Positions 1 through 9,613 are shown, numbered from the stretch's first letter. The stretch is DNA of 64,000 bases from Planctomycetota bacterium (GCA_050248855.1 JBFWRP010000002.1:96001-160000); one strand, 5' to 3'. The notes: a model not told the origin generated them from the letters alone. A program made the numbers and translations.

Positions 1-180
1 GCTGGGGCGCGCCAGGTGTTGCTCCAGGCGCTCCCGCGCTTCGGCCAGGACGTTCTTGAACTGGATCCGGTTCTCGCGCGTCTTGGCTCCGGCCCGCTGC
101 ATGGGCGCGTAGAGCGACACGCAGGGCCCGGGGGGCGAGTCGATGAGAGCCGCGAGGTCAGCGGGAGCAAGCGAAGCCAT
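1..180 (-). CDS. Bacterial archaeo-eukaryotic release factor (baeRF3/baeRF7-like) protein, N-terminal part; runs off window start
   Basis: Not in ORF track. Manual translation MASLAPADLAALIDSPPGPCVSLYAPMQRAGAKTRENRIQFKNVLAEARERL resembles the baeRF N-terminal PCVSLY.P...R...KN.L pattern; AGGAG RBS upstream. Confidence 0.7.
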   Translation of the reverse strand, partial: MASLAPADLAALIDSPPGPCVSLYAPMQRAGAKTRENRIQFKNVLAEARERLEQHLARPS

Positions 181-212
181 GCGTGGTCTCCTGGGACGTC
201 TCCCGTCGGCAC

Positions 213-228
213 CGCAAGCGACGTGCCC
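213..228 (-). promoter_or_regulatory. sigma-54 -24/-12 promoter for the baeRF gene
   Basis: GGGCACGTCGCTTGCG (GG-N10-GC, GGCACG and TTGC intact), about 32 nt upstream of ATG. Confidence 0.75.
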
Positions 229-415
229 GCCTCGTCGCAACCTCGGCGCAGACCCACCCCACGGGCCTTGCGGAGGTACAGCCTCCGACGCGAGGCGACC
301 AGGTCGCGCACGGTGTCGACATCGATTCGTGTCATGAGGGGCCTCGCCCCCCGCGGGATCCGCCTGCCTGTGTGGTGCCCGTGCGTGGCCCCATCGCAAG
401 GAGCATCACCGCATC

Positions 416-431
416 TGGTCGGCCGTTTGCG
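416..431 (+). promoter_or_regulatory. sigma-54 -24/-12 promoter for the SDR-VKOR-SPW operon
   Basis: TGGTCGGCCGTTTGCG, then AGGAGG RBS and ATG 458. Confidence 0.6.
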
Positions 432-457
432 GGGAGCAACCCAGGAGGTCACCTGCC

Positions 458-1534
458 ATGGCACACGTGCCCGACGACGTCGTCTTGATCACCGGGGCCA
501 GCGGCCTGCTCGGCTCGGCCATCGCAGCGGACCTGGCCAAGGACCACGTGGTCATCGGACTCGATCGGGATGCACCGCCCGAAGGCTGGAAGGGAGCGCA
601 CCTCGTCCGCGTCGACATGACCGACCCGGAAGGCCTCCGGGATGCCCTGCTGGCCGTCGAGCAGCTCGCCGGCACCCGCTTGGCCAGCGTGATCCATCTC
701 GCGGCGTACTACGACTTCTCGGGCGAAGACAGCCCCCTGTACGACAAGCTCACGGTCGAAGGCACGCGGCATCTTATCCGTCAGCTGCGCGCGAAGTTCA
801 GCGTGGAGCAGCTCGTCTTCTCGAGCAGCATGTTGGTCATGAAGCCCGCGGTGCGGGGGCAGCTGATCCGTGAGGAAGCGCCCACGCAGGCAGAGTGGGC
901 CTACCCGCGCAGCAAGCTGGACGCCGAGGAGGTGGTCCGGGTCGAGCGGGGGGAGATCCCCGGCGTGATCCTCCGGATCGCCGGCGTCTACGACGACCAC
1001 TGCTCCTCGATTCCCATCGCGCAGCAGATCCGTCGCATCTACGAGCGCGATCTCGAGAGCGTGTTCTTCCCGGGGAACGCGCACCATGGCCAGGCGTTCG
1101 TGCACGTGGACGACGTGGTCACGTGCGTGCGCCGCGTGGTCGAGCGACGAAGCGCGCTGGAGGGTCTCGAAGTGTTCCTCGTCGGTGAGTCCGACGTCAT
1201 GTCCTACGGCGAGCTGCAGGATCGGATCGGCGCGCTCGTCCACGGCCGGGAGTGGCCAAGCATCCGCATCCCCTCCTCGCTCGCCAAGGCCGGGGCGTGG
1301 ATCAAGAGCAAGCTCGTTCCCGGGAGCTTCATCAAGCCCTGGATGGTCGACCAGGCCGATGCCCACTACCCAATCTCCATCGAGCGTGCCCGCGAGCGGC
1401 TCGGCTGGGTGCCGCGGCATCGCTTGCGCGAGCGCCTGGGGACGATCGTCCGCAACCTCCAGCTGGATCCGGACGCCTGGTACGAAGCGAACGGCCTGGA
1501 GCCCGCGGCGGCGGCCGCGACCGACGAGGAATGA
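458..1534 (+). CDS. NAD-dependent epimerase/dehydratase (extended SDR)
   Basis: TGASGLLG Rossmann motif, HLAA, YPRSK catalytic YxxxK; AGGAGG RBS. Confidence 0.9.
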   Translation: MAHVPDDVVLITGASGLLGSAIAADLAKDHVVIGLDRDAPPEGWKGAHLVRVDMTDPEGLRDALLAVEQLAGTRLASVIHLAAYYDFSGEDSPLYDKLTVEGTRHLIRQLRAKFSVEQLVFSSSMLVMKPAVRGQLIREEAPTQAEWAYPRSKLDAEEVVRVERGEIPGVILRIAGVYDDHCSSIPIAQQIRRIYERDLESVFFPGNAHHGQAFVHVDDVVTCVRRVVERRSALEGLEVFLVGESDVMSYGELQDRIGALVHGREWPSIRIPSSLAKAGAWIKSKLVPGSFIKPWMVDQADAHYPISIERARERLGWVPRHRLRERLGTIVRNLQLDPDAWYEANGLEPAAAAATDEE

Positions 1535-2418
1535 GCGCGACGCCGGACCTCGACGCCCATGCGCCGCCGTGGTCGTACAACCCCTCCTCATGGCGGCAGC
1601 GCATTCCCATCTGCGTGCTGGCCGGCGTGGCCACGGCGATCGCCGGCTACATGGCCTGCTACCAGTGGGGGTTGATCTCGACGGTCTGGGACCCCGTGTT
1701 CGGCAAGCAGACGCGGGGCGTCCTGGACTCCGAGGTCGCCGGCACCATGGATGCGTGGTTGCGATTCCCGGACGCGGCCCTCGGAGCGTTCGCCTACCTG
1801 GGCGACCTCGTGTTCGGGCTCGCCGGGTCGACGCGCCGCTGGCAGTACCGACCCTGGCTCGTGATCATCTTCGGCATCGACGTGATCCCGTTGGGCATCG
1901 TGAGCGCCGTGCTCGTGGTCCTGCAGGGCTTCGTCGTCGGCCAGTGGTGCTTCCTCTGCCTCGTCACGGCCGTCATCTCGCTGGTCCTGGTCGTGATGGC
2001 GTATGACGAGGTCTACGCGTCGATCCGCTTCCTGCAGAGGGTCTGGCGGCGGACGAAGAGCCGCCGGGTCCTGTGGGACGTCTTCTGGGGTCGGCCCCAT
2101 CCAGCGGCAGACGCCGTCGCCCTCGAGACGAACGGTACGCCCTGGTGTGGCCGCGCGTCTGCGAGCTCGTGCTGGCGGCCTGGCTCGCGGCCAGCCCCCT
2201 CGTGTTCGCGCGCTCTCCGGGGCCGGCGGCGTGTGGGCACGATCTCCTGTGTGCAGCGGCAATCGCCCTTGCGGCCGGGCTGTCCTTCCATGCTCGCCTA
2301 CGCCGTGCCCACCTTCTGGAGCTGCTCGTGGCGGGCTGGCTCGTCGTCCACGGCTACCTGGAGTCCGCTGGGCTTCCGCGTCCTGGCGCGGCGCAGAACC
2401 ATCTGGCGATCGGGCTGA
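1531..2418 (+). CDS. Vitamin K epoxide reductase (VKOR) family membrane protein; sequence after about 2150 is probably read-through
   Basis: ATGA overlap with upstream gene; [25 protein letters not shown] (CxxC), several TM helices. Confidence 0.8.
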   Translation: MSATPDLDAHAPPWSYNPSSWRQRIPICVLAGVATAIAGYMACYQWGLISTVWDPVFGKQTRGVLDSEVAGTMDAWLRFPDAALGAFAYLGDLVFGLAGSTRRWQYRPWLVIIFGIDVIPLGIVSAVLVVLQGFVVGQWCFLCLVTAVISLVLVVMAYDEVYASIRFLQRVWRRTKSRRVLWDVFWGRPHPAADAVALETNGTPWCGRASASSCWRPGSRPAPSCSRALRGRRRVGTISCVQRQSPLRPGCPSMLAYAVPTFWSCSWRAGSSSTATWSPLGFRVLARRRTIWRSG

Positions 2419-2540
2419 CGCTTCTCCTTCTCGCCGTGCTCCCGAGCGATGCATCGCAGCCCCCCGCCTGGAGGCGTCGCGACGGGGCGGGCGGACCGGC
2501 CGCACACCCGCAGGGCGGAGCCGGAGGCTCCGATCCGTAG
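2145..2540 (+). CDS. SPW-repeat-like membrane protein
   Basis: GTG start; [20 protein letters not shown]; four hydrophobic segments; usual partner of this VKOR type. Confidence 0.65.
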   Translation: MWPRVCELVLAAWLAASPLVFARSPGPAACGHDLLCAAAIALAAGLSFHARLRRAHLLELLVAGWLVVHGYLESAGLPRPGAAQNHLAIGLTLLLLAVLPSDASQPPAWRRRDGAGGPAAHPQGGAGGSDP

Positions 2541-2591
2541 CCTGCCGGCGCCGCAAGACGCGCTTCCAGGCCCAGCGCGGGACGGCGCTGA

Positions 2592-2607
2592 CGGCACGCG
2601 GGTTGCG
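2592..2607 (+). promoter_or_regulatory. sigma-54 -24/-12 promoter
   Basis: CGGCACGCGGGTTGCG, identical to 5120-5135; ATG 2619 lies near the predicted +1. Confidence 0.7.
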
Positions 2608-2618
2608 GATTGGCAACC

Positions 2619-2933
2619 ATGACCGACCGCAAGCCCCCGCGCCGCTCGATCGGGCATATCGCCGCGCGTCTCGAGCAGCATACCGGCCAGGACATGGAGC
2701 ACGAGAGCACCGTGCGCGTGCCGGTGGAGCGCACCGGCGAGATCTGGGAGGTCGGCGTCCACGTGTTCCGCGAGGTCGGCCCGTCACCTCGCCGCACGTG
2801 GTACGCCTGGCGCATGCCCCAGGACGATCAAGTGCTCCTGTGCGCGGTCGCCGCGAGCAAGAGCGTCAAGACGCCGCAGCAGGCCGTCCAGGCAGGCATC
2901 AGCGCCATGGCGCGGGATCCGGACACCCCTTGA
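2619..2933 (+). CDS. Hypothetical protein (104 aa)
   Basis: Normal composition, fills the gap, preceded by a sigma-54 motif. Confidence 0.6.
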   Translation: MTDRKPPRRSIGHIAARLEQHTGQDMEHESTVRVPVERTGEIWEVGVHVFREVGPSPRRTWYAWRMPQDDQVLLCAVAASKSVKTPQQAVQAGISAMARDPDTP

Positions 2934-3012
2934 TGCGGTCACCGGCCCGCCCCCCTCGTCGATCGGTTCGGCAGGCGCAGCACGGTCCCCCCAGCTGCGA
3001 ACAGGAGGCCCC

Positions 3013-3486
3013 ATGACGACCATCGAGGAGCACGTCGACGTGGAGGTGCCGGCCGCGAGTGCCTACGCCCAGTGGACGCAGTTCGAAGACATGCCGGACT
3101 ACCTGGATCACGTGAGGAGCGTCGAGCAGGTCGACGACAGGCATCTACGCTGGACCCTGCGCACGTCCGACCGCCTCTGGGAGGGCTCCGCCGAGATCAC
3201 GGAGCAGATTCCCGACAAGCGCATCGCCTGGGTGAGCCAGTCCGGGATTCCCAACGCTGGCTGCGTGACGTTCCACCGGCTATCCGACGATGCGTGCCGC
3301 GTGATGCTGCAGATGGAGATCGACGCGGCGGAGGTGCCGGGAAGCAGCGCCAACCCCGCCGAGCGCATCTCGGATCACGTCGCCGCCCACCTCACGCAGT
3401 TCAAGGGCTTCCTCGAGTCGCGCGACGCACCCACCGGGCGCTGGTCCGGTAGCATCCCGTCGCCTGACGAACGCACGACGTCGTAG
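3013..3486 (+). CDS. SRPBCC / polyketide cyclase-dehydrase family protein
   Basis: IEEHVDVEVP..AYAQWTQFE, EITEQIPDKRIAW.S, G.VTFH; AGGAGG RBS. Confidence 0.9.
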   Translation: MTTIEEHVDVEVPAASAYAQWTQFEDMPDYLDHVRSVEQVDDRHLRWTLRTSDRLWEGSAEITEQIPDKRIAWVSQSGIPNAGCVTFHRLSDDACRVMLQMEIDAAEVPGSSANPAERISDHVAAHLTQFKGFLESRDAPTGRWSGSIPSPDERTTS

Positions 3487-3497
3487 GCAGGCGTTCG

Positions 3498-4967
3498 TCA
3501 GCGGTAGTCTTCCTTGCGCAGCCCGTGCGCTCGCATCTTCGTGTAGAGGGAGCGAGGGACGATGCCCGCCCGACTCGCGGTCTCGCCGATGCGTCCCTTG
3601 GTTCGACCCAGGAGCCGGTGCAAGTAGGCGCGCTCGAAGTGCCGCACCAACGTTCGGCGCGCCTCCGCAAGCGGCAAGCCCAGCCACTCCTCGCTCCAGG
3701 CCCCCTCCGGGACCGGAGCCCGCGAGCTCGTTCGGTCGCCGTCGTGCGACATGGAGGGGGGCAGCTCGCGTAGACGGATGGCGGAGGAGCGTGCCAACAA
3801 CACGGCGCGCTCGACCACGTTCAGCAGCTCGCGTACGTTGCCCGGCCAGTCATGGGCCATCAGGGCCTCGTGGGCGCGCTGCGTCACGGATCTCACGTGG
3901 GGCCGGGCGTGCTCCTCGGCCAGGCGACGCAGCGCACGCCCGACGATCTCGGGGATGTCCTCGGCCCGCTCCCGCAAGGGGGGAACCTCGAGCGGGACGA
4001 CGTTGAGCCGGTACCAGAGATCCTCGCGGAATCGGCCTTCGCGCACCTCGCGCTGCAAGTCCCGGTTCGTGGCGGCCATGATGCGGCAGTCCACATGGAC
4101 GACGCGATCGCTCCCCAGCGGTCGCACTTCGCGACTCTGGAGGACCGCGAGCAGCTTGGCCTGCAGGTGCAGCGGAAGCTCACCGATCTCATCGAGGAAC
4201 AGCGTCCCCTTGGCGGCCTCGACGAACCGTCCCTGGCGGGCCTTCAGGGCGCCGGTAAAGGCGCCCGCCGTGTGCCCGAACAGCTCGCCCTCGAGCAGGT
4301 TCTCGGGCAGCGCCGCGCAGCTCACCGAAACGAAGGCGCCGGTCTGGAGGCGGCTCTCCTCGTGGATGGCGCGCGCGAGATGCTCCTTGCCGACGCCCGT
4401 CTCGCCCGTGATCAGGAGCGAGGCCCGGCTGTCGGTCACGCGCCGGACCACGTCCATGAACTCCCGCATCTTGTGACTACGGGAGAGGAGCTCGGCGAAG
4501 CTGGGCTGCGCTGACGGATGCTGTCGTCGAGCGCGAAGGCTCGAGCGTGGGGGGGCGGCCTCCTCGAGGCCCAGCTCGCGGATCGCGTCGCCCAAGACCT
4601 CTTCGTCCGCGTCGCATGGCAGCACGCCAGCGGCGCCGGCGGCCAGCAAGTTGGTGTGCTCCAAGGGCTCGATATCGTCATCGAGGATGATGATGGAGGG
4701 TGCATCCGGAGCCTGCGTGGCAGACGCGAGATCCTCGGCCGGGTGGTCGCCCAGCCGGCGGCGCTCCAGCACGACCAGCTCACCGCCCGTATGCAGGAGC
4801 GCGTCCAAGTCGTGCGAGGCATCGACGAGCGTCACGTCGATGTGGTGGGACTTGCAGTAGCTCGATAGACCGGATCGAAGTTCGTTGTGGGGCAGGGCAA
4901 GCGTGATCGTCGCGCGTCCCCCTGGCGTACCAGTCCGAGGGCGGGAACGGGCGCGCTGCAAGGCCAT
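3498..4967 (-). CDS. sigma-54-dependent enhancer-binding protein (NtrC-like: atypical REC, AAA+, Fis HTH)
   Basis: GETGVGKE, ELFGH..GAFTGA, LFLDEIGE, FREDLWYRLNV, WPGNVREL, C-terminal HTH; start codon uncertain. Confidence 0.93.
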   Translation of the reverse strand: MALQRARSRPRTGTPGGRATITLALPHNELRSGLSSYCKSHHIDVTLVDASHDLDALLHTGGELVVLERRRLGDHPAEDLASATQAPDAPSIIILDDDIEPLEHTNLLAAGAAGVLPCDADEEVLGDAIRELGLEEAAPPRSSLRARRQHPSAQPSFAELLSRSHKMREFMDVVRRVTDSRASLLITGETGVGKEHLARAIHEESRLQTGAFVSVSCAALPENLLEGELFGHTAGAFTGALKARQGRFVEAAKGTLFLDEIGELPLHLQAKLLAVLQSREVRPLGSDRVVHVDCRIMAATNRDLQREVREGRFREDLWYRLNVVPLEVPPLRERAEDIPEIVGRALRRLAEEHARPHVRSVTQRAHEALMAHDWPGNVRELLNVVERAVLLARSSAIRLRELPPSMSHDGDRTSSRAPVPEGAWSEEWLGLPLAEARRTLVRHFERAYLHRLLGRTKGRIGETASRAGIVPRSLYTKMRAHGLRKEDYR

Positions 4968-4987
4968 GGGCCCCACCGTAGCCCACC

Positions 4988-5003
4988 AGCCAGCGACGTG
5001 CCC
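4988..5003 (-). promoter_or_regulatory. sigma-54 -24/-12-like motif upstream of the enhancer-binding protein gene
   Basis: GGGCACGTCGCTGGCT, 14/16 identical to the 213-228 motif. Confidence 0.55.
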
Positions 5004-5119
5004 CCACGAGGCGAGCGCGAGTCGGAACGAGGCGAGGAAGCGTGGCCTGGGGCCCCGGGTGAGCGCGCGTCCGTGGCTCTCGTCCACGCCTTGCGCCGGC
5101 ACACGAGGCGCGCAGGCAA

Positions 5120-5135
5120 CGGCACGCGGGTTGCG
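5120..5135 (+). promoter_or_regulatory. sigma-54 -24/-12 promoter
   Basis: CGGCACGCGGGTTGCG, 12 nt before ATG 5148. Confidence 0.7.
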
Positions 5136-5147
5136 CGCACCGACAGC

Positions 5148-5435
5148 ATGGCGCTTCGAGTCCGACCCCTGACGTTCAAGGTGCTCCTCGGTCAGCTCGT
5201 CGCCCTGTTGATCCTCCTCGCCGCCGGTCTTCTCCAGCCCTTCCTGTTGTTCCTGATCGTCGGGCTGGGCGCCATGGTGCTGTTCGTGGCGTGGCTGCTC
5301 GTCCCGCGCATGGCCAAGCCCGAGGAAACGTCCGTGGCGCCGGTCGACGATCCCCAGCGCCCCTCGGATCTCGTGCTCGAGGCGCGCGAGCGCCTGCTGG
5401 ACGAGGCTCGTGACGAGTCGCCGACGGCGAAGTAG
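5148..5435 (+). CDS. Small membrane protein (2 TM)
   Basis: MALRVRPLTFKVLLGQLVALL...; two hydrophobic helices and an acidic tail. Confidence 0.6.
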   Translation: MALRVRPLTFKVLLGQLVALLILLAAGLLQPFLLFLIVGLGAMVLFVAWLLVPRMAKPEETSVAPVDDPQRPSDLVLEARERLLDEARDESPTAK

Positions 5436-5564
5436 GACGGCGTAGGCCACGACACCTCGTGGGCATCGACTGCCGAAGGGTTGCCGTGCGGTTGCGTACG
5501 GGGGCGGAAGCGGGCAGGGCCGCCGGGGACGCTTGGCGTCGCCCCGCGGCCGTGCCCGGCCGGC

Positions 5565-7097
5565 CTACTGCTGCGAGTCGACCGTGTTCTTTCTCGTGCC
5601 ATCGGCGACCTCGAGCTCGTTGCGTACGAAGATCGCGCCCCCGTCCACGGCGTTCTGGCGCGCGGCGTAGCGCTCCCACCAGCTGTCGACGGTCCCGCTG
5701 AGCGTCGCCACGCCGTCGGAGACCTCGACGGTGACCTGGTCCGAGCTCACGTAGGGACTCCACCAGAGCTCGCCAACGATCGCATCACGGATCTCGGAGT
5801 CGCTCTCGAGGCTCGCGCGTGGCGTGTGGTCCAGCACGTACCAGTCGTTGGTCCAGATGACCCAGTCGTCGACGTATGGACTGTACGCGTAGGGCAGATC
5901 CTCGACCTCGAGCTTGTTTGCGACCCGCTTGACGCCGTTGATGCGCGCCGCGACATCGTCGGCGTGGCCCTTCTCGAAGAACGTGTCTACCGTCCCCGAG
6001 AGATGGGCGACGCCGTCGTGGACGCGAACGGCCACCTCGTAGCCGTCCAGGTAGGGATCCCTCTGGATGGCGTCGCGAAGGCTCGTTGCGATCTCCGTGT
6101 CGGAACGCTCGGCCGGACGGACGCGCAAATGGTTGAGGACCGAGTGCACACCCACCGTGTGGAGCGCAACATCCTCGGCGGCCCGTAGCGCCTTGAGGTT
6201 GTCGACCGTGCCTCGCAGGGTGACCACGCCGGCGGGATCCGCGTCGGCCTCCACGTTGAACGAGTACACGCGAGGATCTTGGACCAAGGCCATGTCCAAC
6301 GCGTCCTCGACCTTCGCCGGCTCCTTGAGCACGAACTTGTCGCCGCGCAGGTCGGGATCGCGGGCCCAGCCCTTGACCTTGAGCGCGGTGGCGTCCACCG
6401 CGCTGACACCGGAGGTCCAGGCCTCCGAGATGGCCAGGCGCCTCTCGGCGGCACTGCCCACGGTTCCGTCCAGCCGCACCTTGCCCTCCGTCACGGAAAC
6501 GTCGATCAAGGCGTCGTCCACGAGAGCGTTCCAGCGCAGCGCCTTCTTGATCTCGGCGGAGATCTCGGAGTCCACGCGCATCGTCTCCCGGACGACGTGG
6601 ATGTCGTTCTGGATGGACCTGACGCCCCGCACGCCCATGGCGACGCGTTCCGGGAGATCCCGCTCATGCCACGAGTCGACGGTTCCCGAGAGCGTGACGG
6701 CGCCCTGGGCCACGGCGACATCCACTTCGTAGGAGTCCGTGGCCGGATCATCCAGTAGCGCCCGATGGACATCGCGCTCGATCTCGGCATCCGACCGATC
6801 GGTGATGGGATCGATCGTGATGCGGTCGATGACGGCGCGGACGCCCTTGACGGTCTCCGCCACGCGGACGGCTCGCTCCTTGGCGAGCAGGTTGTCGACC
6901 GAGCCCGTCATCGTCACGATGCCCAGGGACGTGTCGACGTCGATGTCGTCGAAGGGGACGGCGCGATCCGAGAGGAGCTCGCGCTCCAGGGCCCTCGTGA
7001 TCTTCGGATCCGTCAGCTTCGTGTCCGTGGGGTCGGCATGGGCCGCGGCGAGGGGGACGGCGAGCGCCCCCAGGATCAAGGCGATGTGTTTCAGCAT
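5565..7097 (-). CDS. Secreted BON-domain protein (six BON domains, OsmY-like)
   Basis: Signal peptide ending AAAHA; six repeats of D..I...L...V.V..G.VTL.GTVD....GV..V.N.L; AGGAG RBS. Confidence 0.93.
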   Translation of the reverse strand: MLKHIALILGALAVPLAAAHADPTDTKLTDPKITRALERELLSDRAVPFDDIDVDTSLGIVTMTGSVDNLLAKERAVRVAETVKGVRAVIDRITIDPITDRSDAEIERDVHRALLDDPATDSYEVDVAVAQGAVTLSGTVDSWHERDLPERVAMGVRGVRSIQNDIHVVRETMRVDSEISAEIKKALRWNALVDDALIDVSVTEGKVRLDGTVGSAAERRLAISEAWTSGVSAVDATALKVKGWARDPDLRGDKFVLKEPAKVEDALDMALVQDPRVYSFNVEADADPAGVVTLRGTVDNLKALRAAEDVALHTVGVHSVLNHLRVRPAERSDTEIATSLRDAIQRDPYLDGYEVAVRVHDGVAHLSGTVDTFFEKGHADDVAARINGVKRVANKLEVEDLPYAYSPYVDDWVIWTNDWYVLDHTPRASLESDSEIRDAIVGELWWSPYVSSDQVTVEVSDGVATLSGTVDSWWERYAARQNAVDGGAIFVRNELEVADGTRKNTVDSQQ

Positions 7098-7210
7098 GGG
7101 TCATTCTCCTGGGTTGTCGGTCTGGGTCGTGATCACACCGTCGCCGTGACAGGTGTGCATGGCCCCCACGCGGCATGCGGGCCGCCTGGGGCACACCACG
7201 CCGCGACCCC

Positions 7211-7226
7211 CGCGATCGGCATGCCA
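7211..7226 (-). promoter_or_regulatory. sigma-54 -24/-12 promoter for the BON gene
   Basis: TGGCATGCCGATCGCG, about 115 nt upstream of ATG. Confidence 0.55.
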
Positions 7227-7355
7227 GCGCTGGCGTTCACCCCGGCGCCCGTGTCAGGCGCACACGCGCGCGCTTGTGGCGTCACGGCGGCGGGGCGCGT
7301 CCAACCGACTCCGATGGCCTCTGCTGGATCGGAGGTGCTGCGTCAGGTGCGGTGC

Positions 7356-7736
7356 TCAGGTCTCGAGGAGCAGGAACCAGTAGAAGGCCACGGCCACGAG
7401 CCCCGCCGCGCCGTGGATCGCGATCATCGGCACGGGAACCAGCAGCCCCCGGCGATGGCGCCACGCGAGCCAGAGACCCGCCACCGCGACGAGGAAGAAC
7501 AGCAAGGCGCCAAGGCCCACGAGGCCTGGGCGTTCACCGTGGATCAGTCCGAACACGAGCGCTGCGAACCCCAGGAGCACGAGCGCGCCGTGGCCCATCA
7601 CGAGGACCCGCGGCGGGTTGCTCCCGCGCACGATGCGGATCGCGAACAAGGCAAGGCCGCCCAGGGCCGCCAAGCTCATGAGGACTGCTGCGGCCACGGC
7701 CGGCCGGGTCAGGTCCAGTTCGCCAGGGAGGGGCAT
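7356..7736 (-). CDS. Hypothetical 4-TM membrane protein with two intramembrane HG motifs
   Basis: GGAGG RBS; four hydrophobic helices; MGHGAL and AIHGAA. Confidence 0.65.
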   Translation of the reverse strand: MPLPGELDLTRPAVAAAVLMSLAALGGLALFAIRIVRGSNPPRVLVMGHGALVLLGFAALVFGLIHGERPGLVGLGALLFFLVAVAGLWLAWRHRRGLLVPVPMIAIHGAAGLVAVAFYWFLLLET

Positions 7737-7793
7737 GCGGCCTCCGACATCTCCGGAGCGGACCTCCGGGCTCATCGTGCAGTCGGTGCTCCC

Positions 7794-7809
7794 TGCAAGC
7801 GGCCGACCA
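7794..7809 (-). promoter_or_regulatory. sigma-54 -24/-12 promoter
   Basis: TGGTCGGCCGCTTGCA, 14/16 identical to the 416-431 motif. Confidence 0.65.
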
Positions 7810-7929
7810 AACGCCCGATCCGCCCGTGGCAAGGGGAGTCGCGCCGTGGGCGGGGCACGCGAGGCCCAGGCGCCGACGCCGTGCAGATGCTGCGCCTCCG
7901 GAGGGCGGACCCTCGGAGGCCTGCTGCGG

Positions 7930-9006
7930 TCAGGTGCCCGCGGCCGGCCCGGCGACCTGATGGGCGCGAAGCAGGTAGAAGCCGGTCACCGTGACGGCGT
8001 AGATGACGAGCACGAGCACGGAGTCCAGCCCCAGGTTGCCCACGGACCGGTTGCGCCGCTCGACGATGCCGACGAGGTAGACCACCGTCACCACGATGCC
8101 CATGGCCGCGCCGAACAGAGCCGACGGGCCCGCGGCATCGAGGATCGGTCCGGGCCGGTAGGCTGCGTCGCAGAGGAAGAGGAGCAGAAGCATCACCGCA
8201 TTGCTGCCGAAGATGTTGGCCACGGCCATCCGGTAGGCACCCAGGCGTACGGAGGTGAGCGTGGTGCTCAGCTCGGGCAGGGACGTGGTCGCCGCGATCA
8301 GGACGGCTCCGACGAAGCTGGAGCCCACGCCCGTCTGCTGGGCGAGAGCCTCGCCCGTGCCGGCGATCGCGTACCCGGCGACCAAGATGACGGCTGCGGC
8401 CAGGGCGAAGCCCTGGGCGGCCTCTCGACGGCTCGTGTCGTGCGCGGTTCGCTCGGCCGCCGCCGGTGGCGGCACGTCCGTGTCCGCCACGCTCCACTGC
8501 TCCGCGGCGCGCGAGCGCTTGAGCACGACCACGGACGCCACGTAGGCCGCCGCGATCAGCAAGCTGGAGGCTCCGACGCCCGCGTACGAGATCTGCTCGC
8601 CCAGCGCGAGGGCGGCCAGGGCCAGGGCGAGCAGGAGGATGAGCGTCAGCCCCTGCAGGAGGAGTCGCGTGTCGGGCGCGAAGAACGTGAGCGAACCCCC
8701 GCGAACCGTGAAGTCCGCCACGGCCAGGAGCGCCGTCTGGAGCACGACGCCGCCGAACAGGTTGTTCACCGCCATGGGGGCGTTGCCCATGCCCGCCGCC
8801 GTCAGGCTCGTGACGACCTCCGGCAGCTCGGTGGCGCCTGCCAGGAGCACGGCGCCCACCAGGGCTTGGTTCCACCCGGCGGCCCGGGCGAGCTGGTCCG
8901 CGCGCGTCGCCAAGCGCGTTCCGGCCAGCCACACCGCTCCTGCGGCCACGGTGAACACCACCAGGTTGGCGAGGAGGGGAACTGCGAGGAAGTCGATCGT
9001 GGGCAG
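7930..9006 (-). CDS. Sodium:calcium (cation) exchanger, YrbG-like
   Basis: Two alpha repeats (ATELPE...AVNNLFG and TTSLPE...AVANIFGSN), about 10 TM; start approximate. Confidence 0.9.
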   Translation of the reverse strand: MPTIDFLAVPLLANLVVFTVAAGAVWLAGTRLATRADQLARAAGWNQALVGAVLLAGATELPEVVTSLTAAGMGNAPMAVNNLFGGVVLQTALLAVADFTVRGGSLTFFAPDTRLLLQGLTLILLLALALAALALGEQISYAGVGASSLLIAAAYVASVVVLKRSRAAEQWSVADTDVPPPAAAERTAHDTSRREAAQGFALAAAVILVAGYAIAGTGEALAQQTGVGSSFVGAVLIAATTSLPELSTTLTSVRLGAYRMAVANIFGSNAVMLLLLFLCDAAYRPGPILDAAGPSALFGAAMGIVVTVVYLVGIVERRNRSVGNLGLDSVLVLVIYAVTVTGFYLLRAHQVAGPAAGT

Positions 9007-9028
9007 GGGGTACCCCGAAACAGTGTCA

Positions 9029-9044
9029 CGCAACTCGCTTGCCA
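9029..9044 (-). promoter_or_regulatory. sigma-54 -24/-12 promoter for the exchanger
   Basis: TGGCAAGCGAGTTGCG. Confidence 0.75.
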
Positions 9045-9068
9045 TCCGGCAGCTTGGCGCGCGGATGT

Positions 9069-9084
9069 CGGAACGCGCTTCGCA
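9069..9084 (+). promoter_or_regulatory. sigma-54 -24/-12 promoter (divergent partner)
   Basis: CGGAACGCGCTTCGCA, then AGGAGG and ATG 9120. Confidence 0.55.
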
Positions 9085-9119
9085 GGGGTGCCGTACAGAC
9101 CCCGCGACAGGAGGACCAC

Positions 9120-9440
9120 ATGGCCAACACGTCGACACCCCAGTCCGAGCAGCGCGAGAAGTCGCCCGCCGAGGCAAAGCGCTCGGACGTGGATCCGGCC
9201 TACATCCCCCTCGCTTCCGAGGGGCCCGAGGGGCCCGAGGCCACCCAGTCCAAGCCCGGCCTCGTCCCGCAGCGCAGTGGCGCCCTTCCGCGGTACTTTT
9301 CCGGCTGGATCGTCACGCTCGCGATCGGCGTCTTCGTCGTCGTACCGGTCCTGATGGGATCCCCGCTCCTCGGTGTCGCCCTGGGGGCCGCGCTCATGCT
9401 GGCGATCCTGTTCGTGCCGTGGAGCCGACGACGCCGGTAG
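9120..9440 (+). CDS. Small membrane protein (disordered N-terminus, 2 TM)
   Basis: AGGAGG RBS; MANTSTPQSEQREK...; two TM helices. Confidence 0.65.
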   Translation: MANTSTPQSEQREKSPAEAKRSDVDPAYIPLASEGPEGPEATQSKPGLVPQRSGALPRYFSGWIVTLAIGVFVVVPVLMGSPLLGVALGAALMLAILFVPWSRRRR

Positions 9441-9613
9441 GGTCTGTCCAAGAACACTCCGTCGCGAGGGTGCCGGGGCCGAAGCGAGCCACAGGCACGA
9501 CGAGAATCCGGGCCGGAGGCGGTCTCCTGACCGTAGAGGACCCGGATTCGAGCTGGGACGTGGCGCAGCAAGAGACCCGGTGGCCGCAGCAGGAGGCGCT
9601 TTCGGACAGACCC
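9440..9613. mobile_element. MITE-like element, 174 bp
   Basis: Perfect 10-bp TIR GGGTCTGTCC/GGACAGACCC, TA on both flanks, internal inverted symmetry (GAATCCGGG/CCCGGATTC). Confidence 0.65.

Noticed and set aside
229..380. Minus-strand ORF from 335 (MTRIDVDTVRDLVAS) with a weak GG-N10-GC motif at 365-380
   Set aside because: Runs out of frame over the baeRF gene and degrades into shadow-like sequence; unsupported
2984..2998. sigma-54 promoter upstream of the SRPBCC gene
   Set aside because: GG to GC spacing is 11 nt, not the required 10
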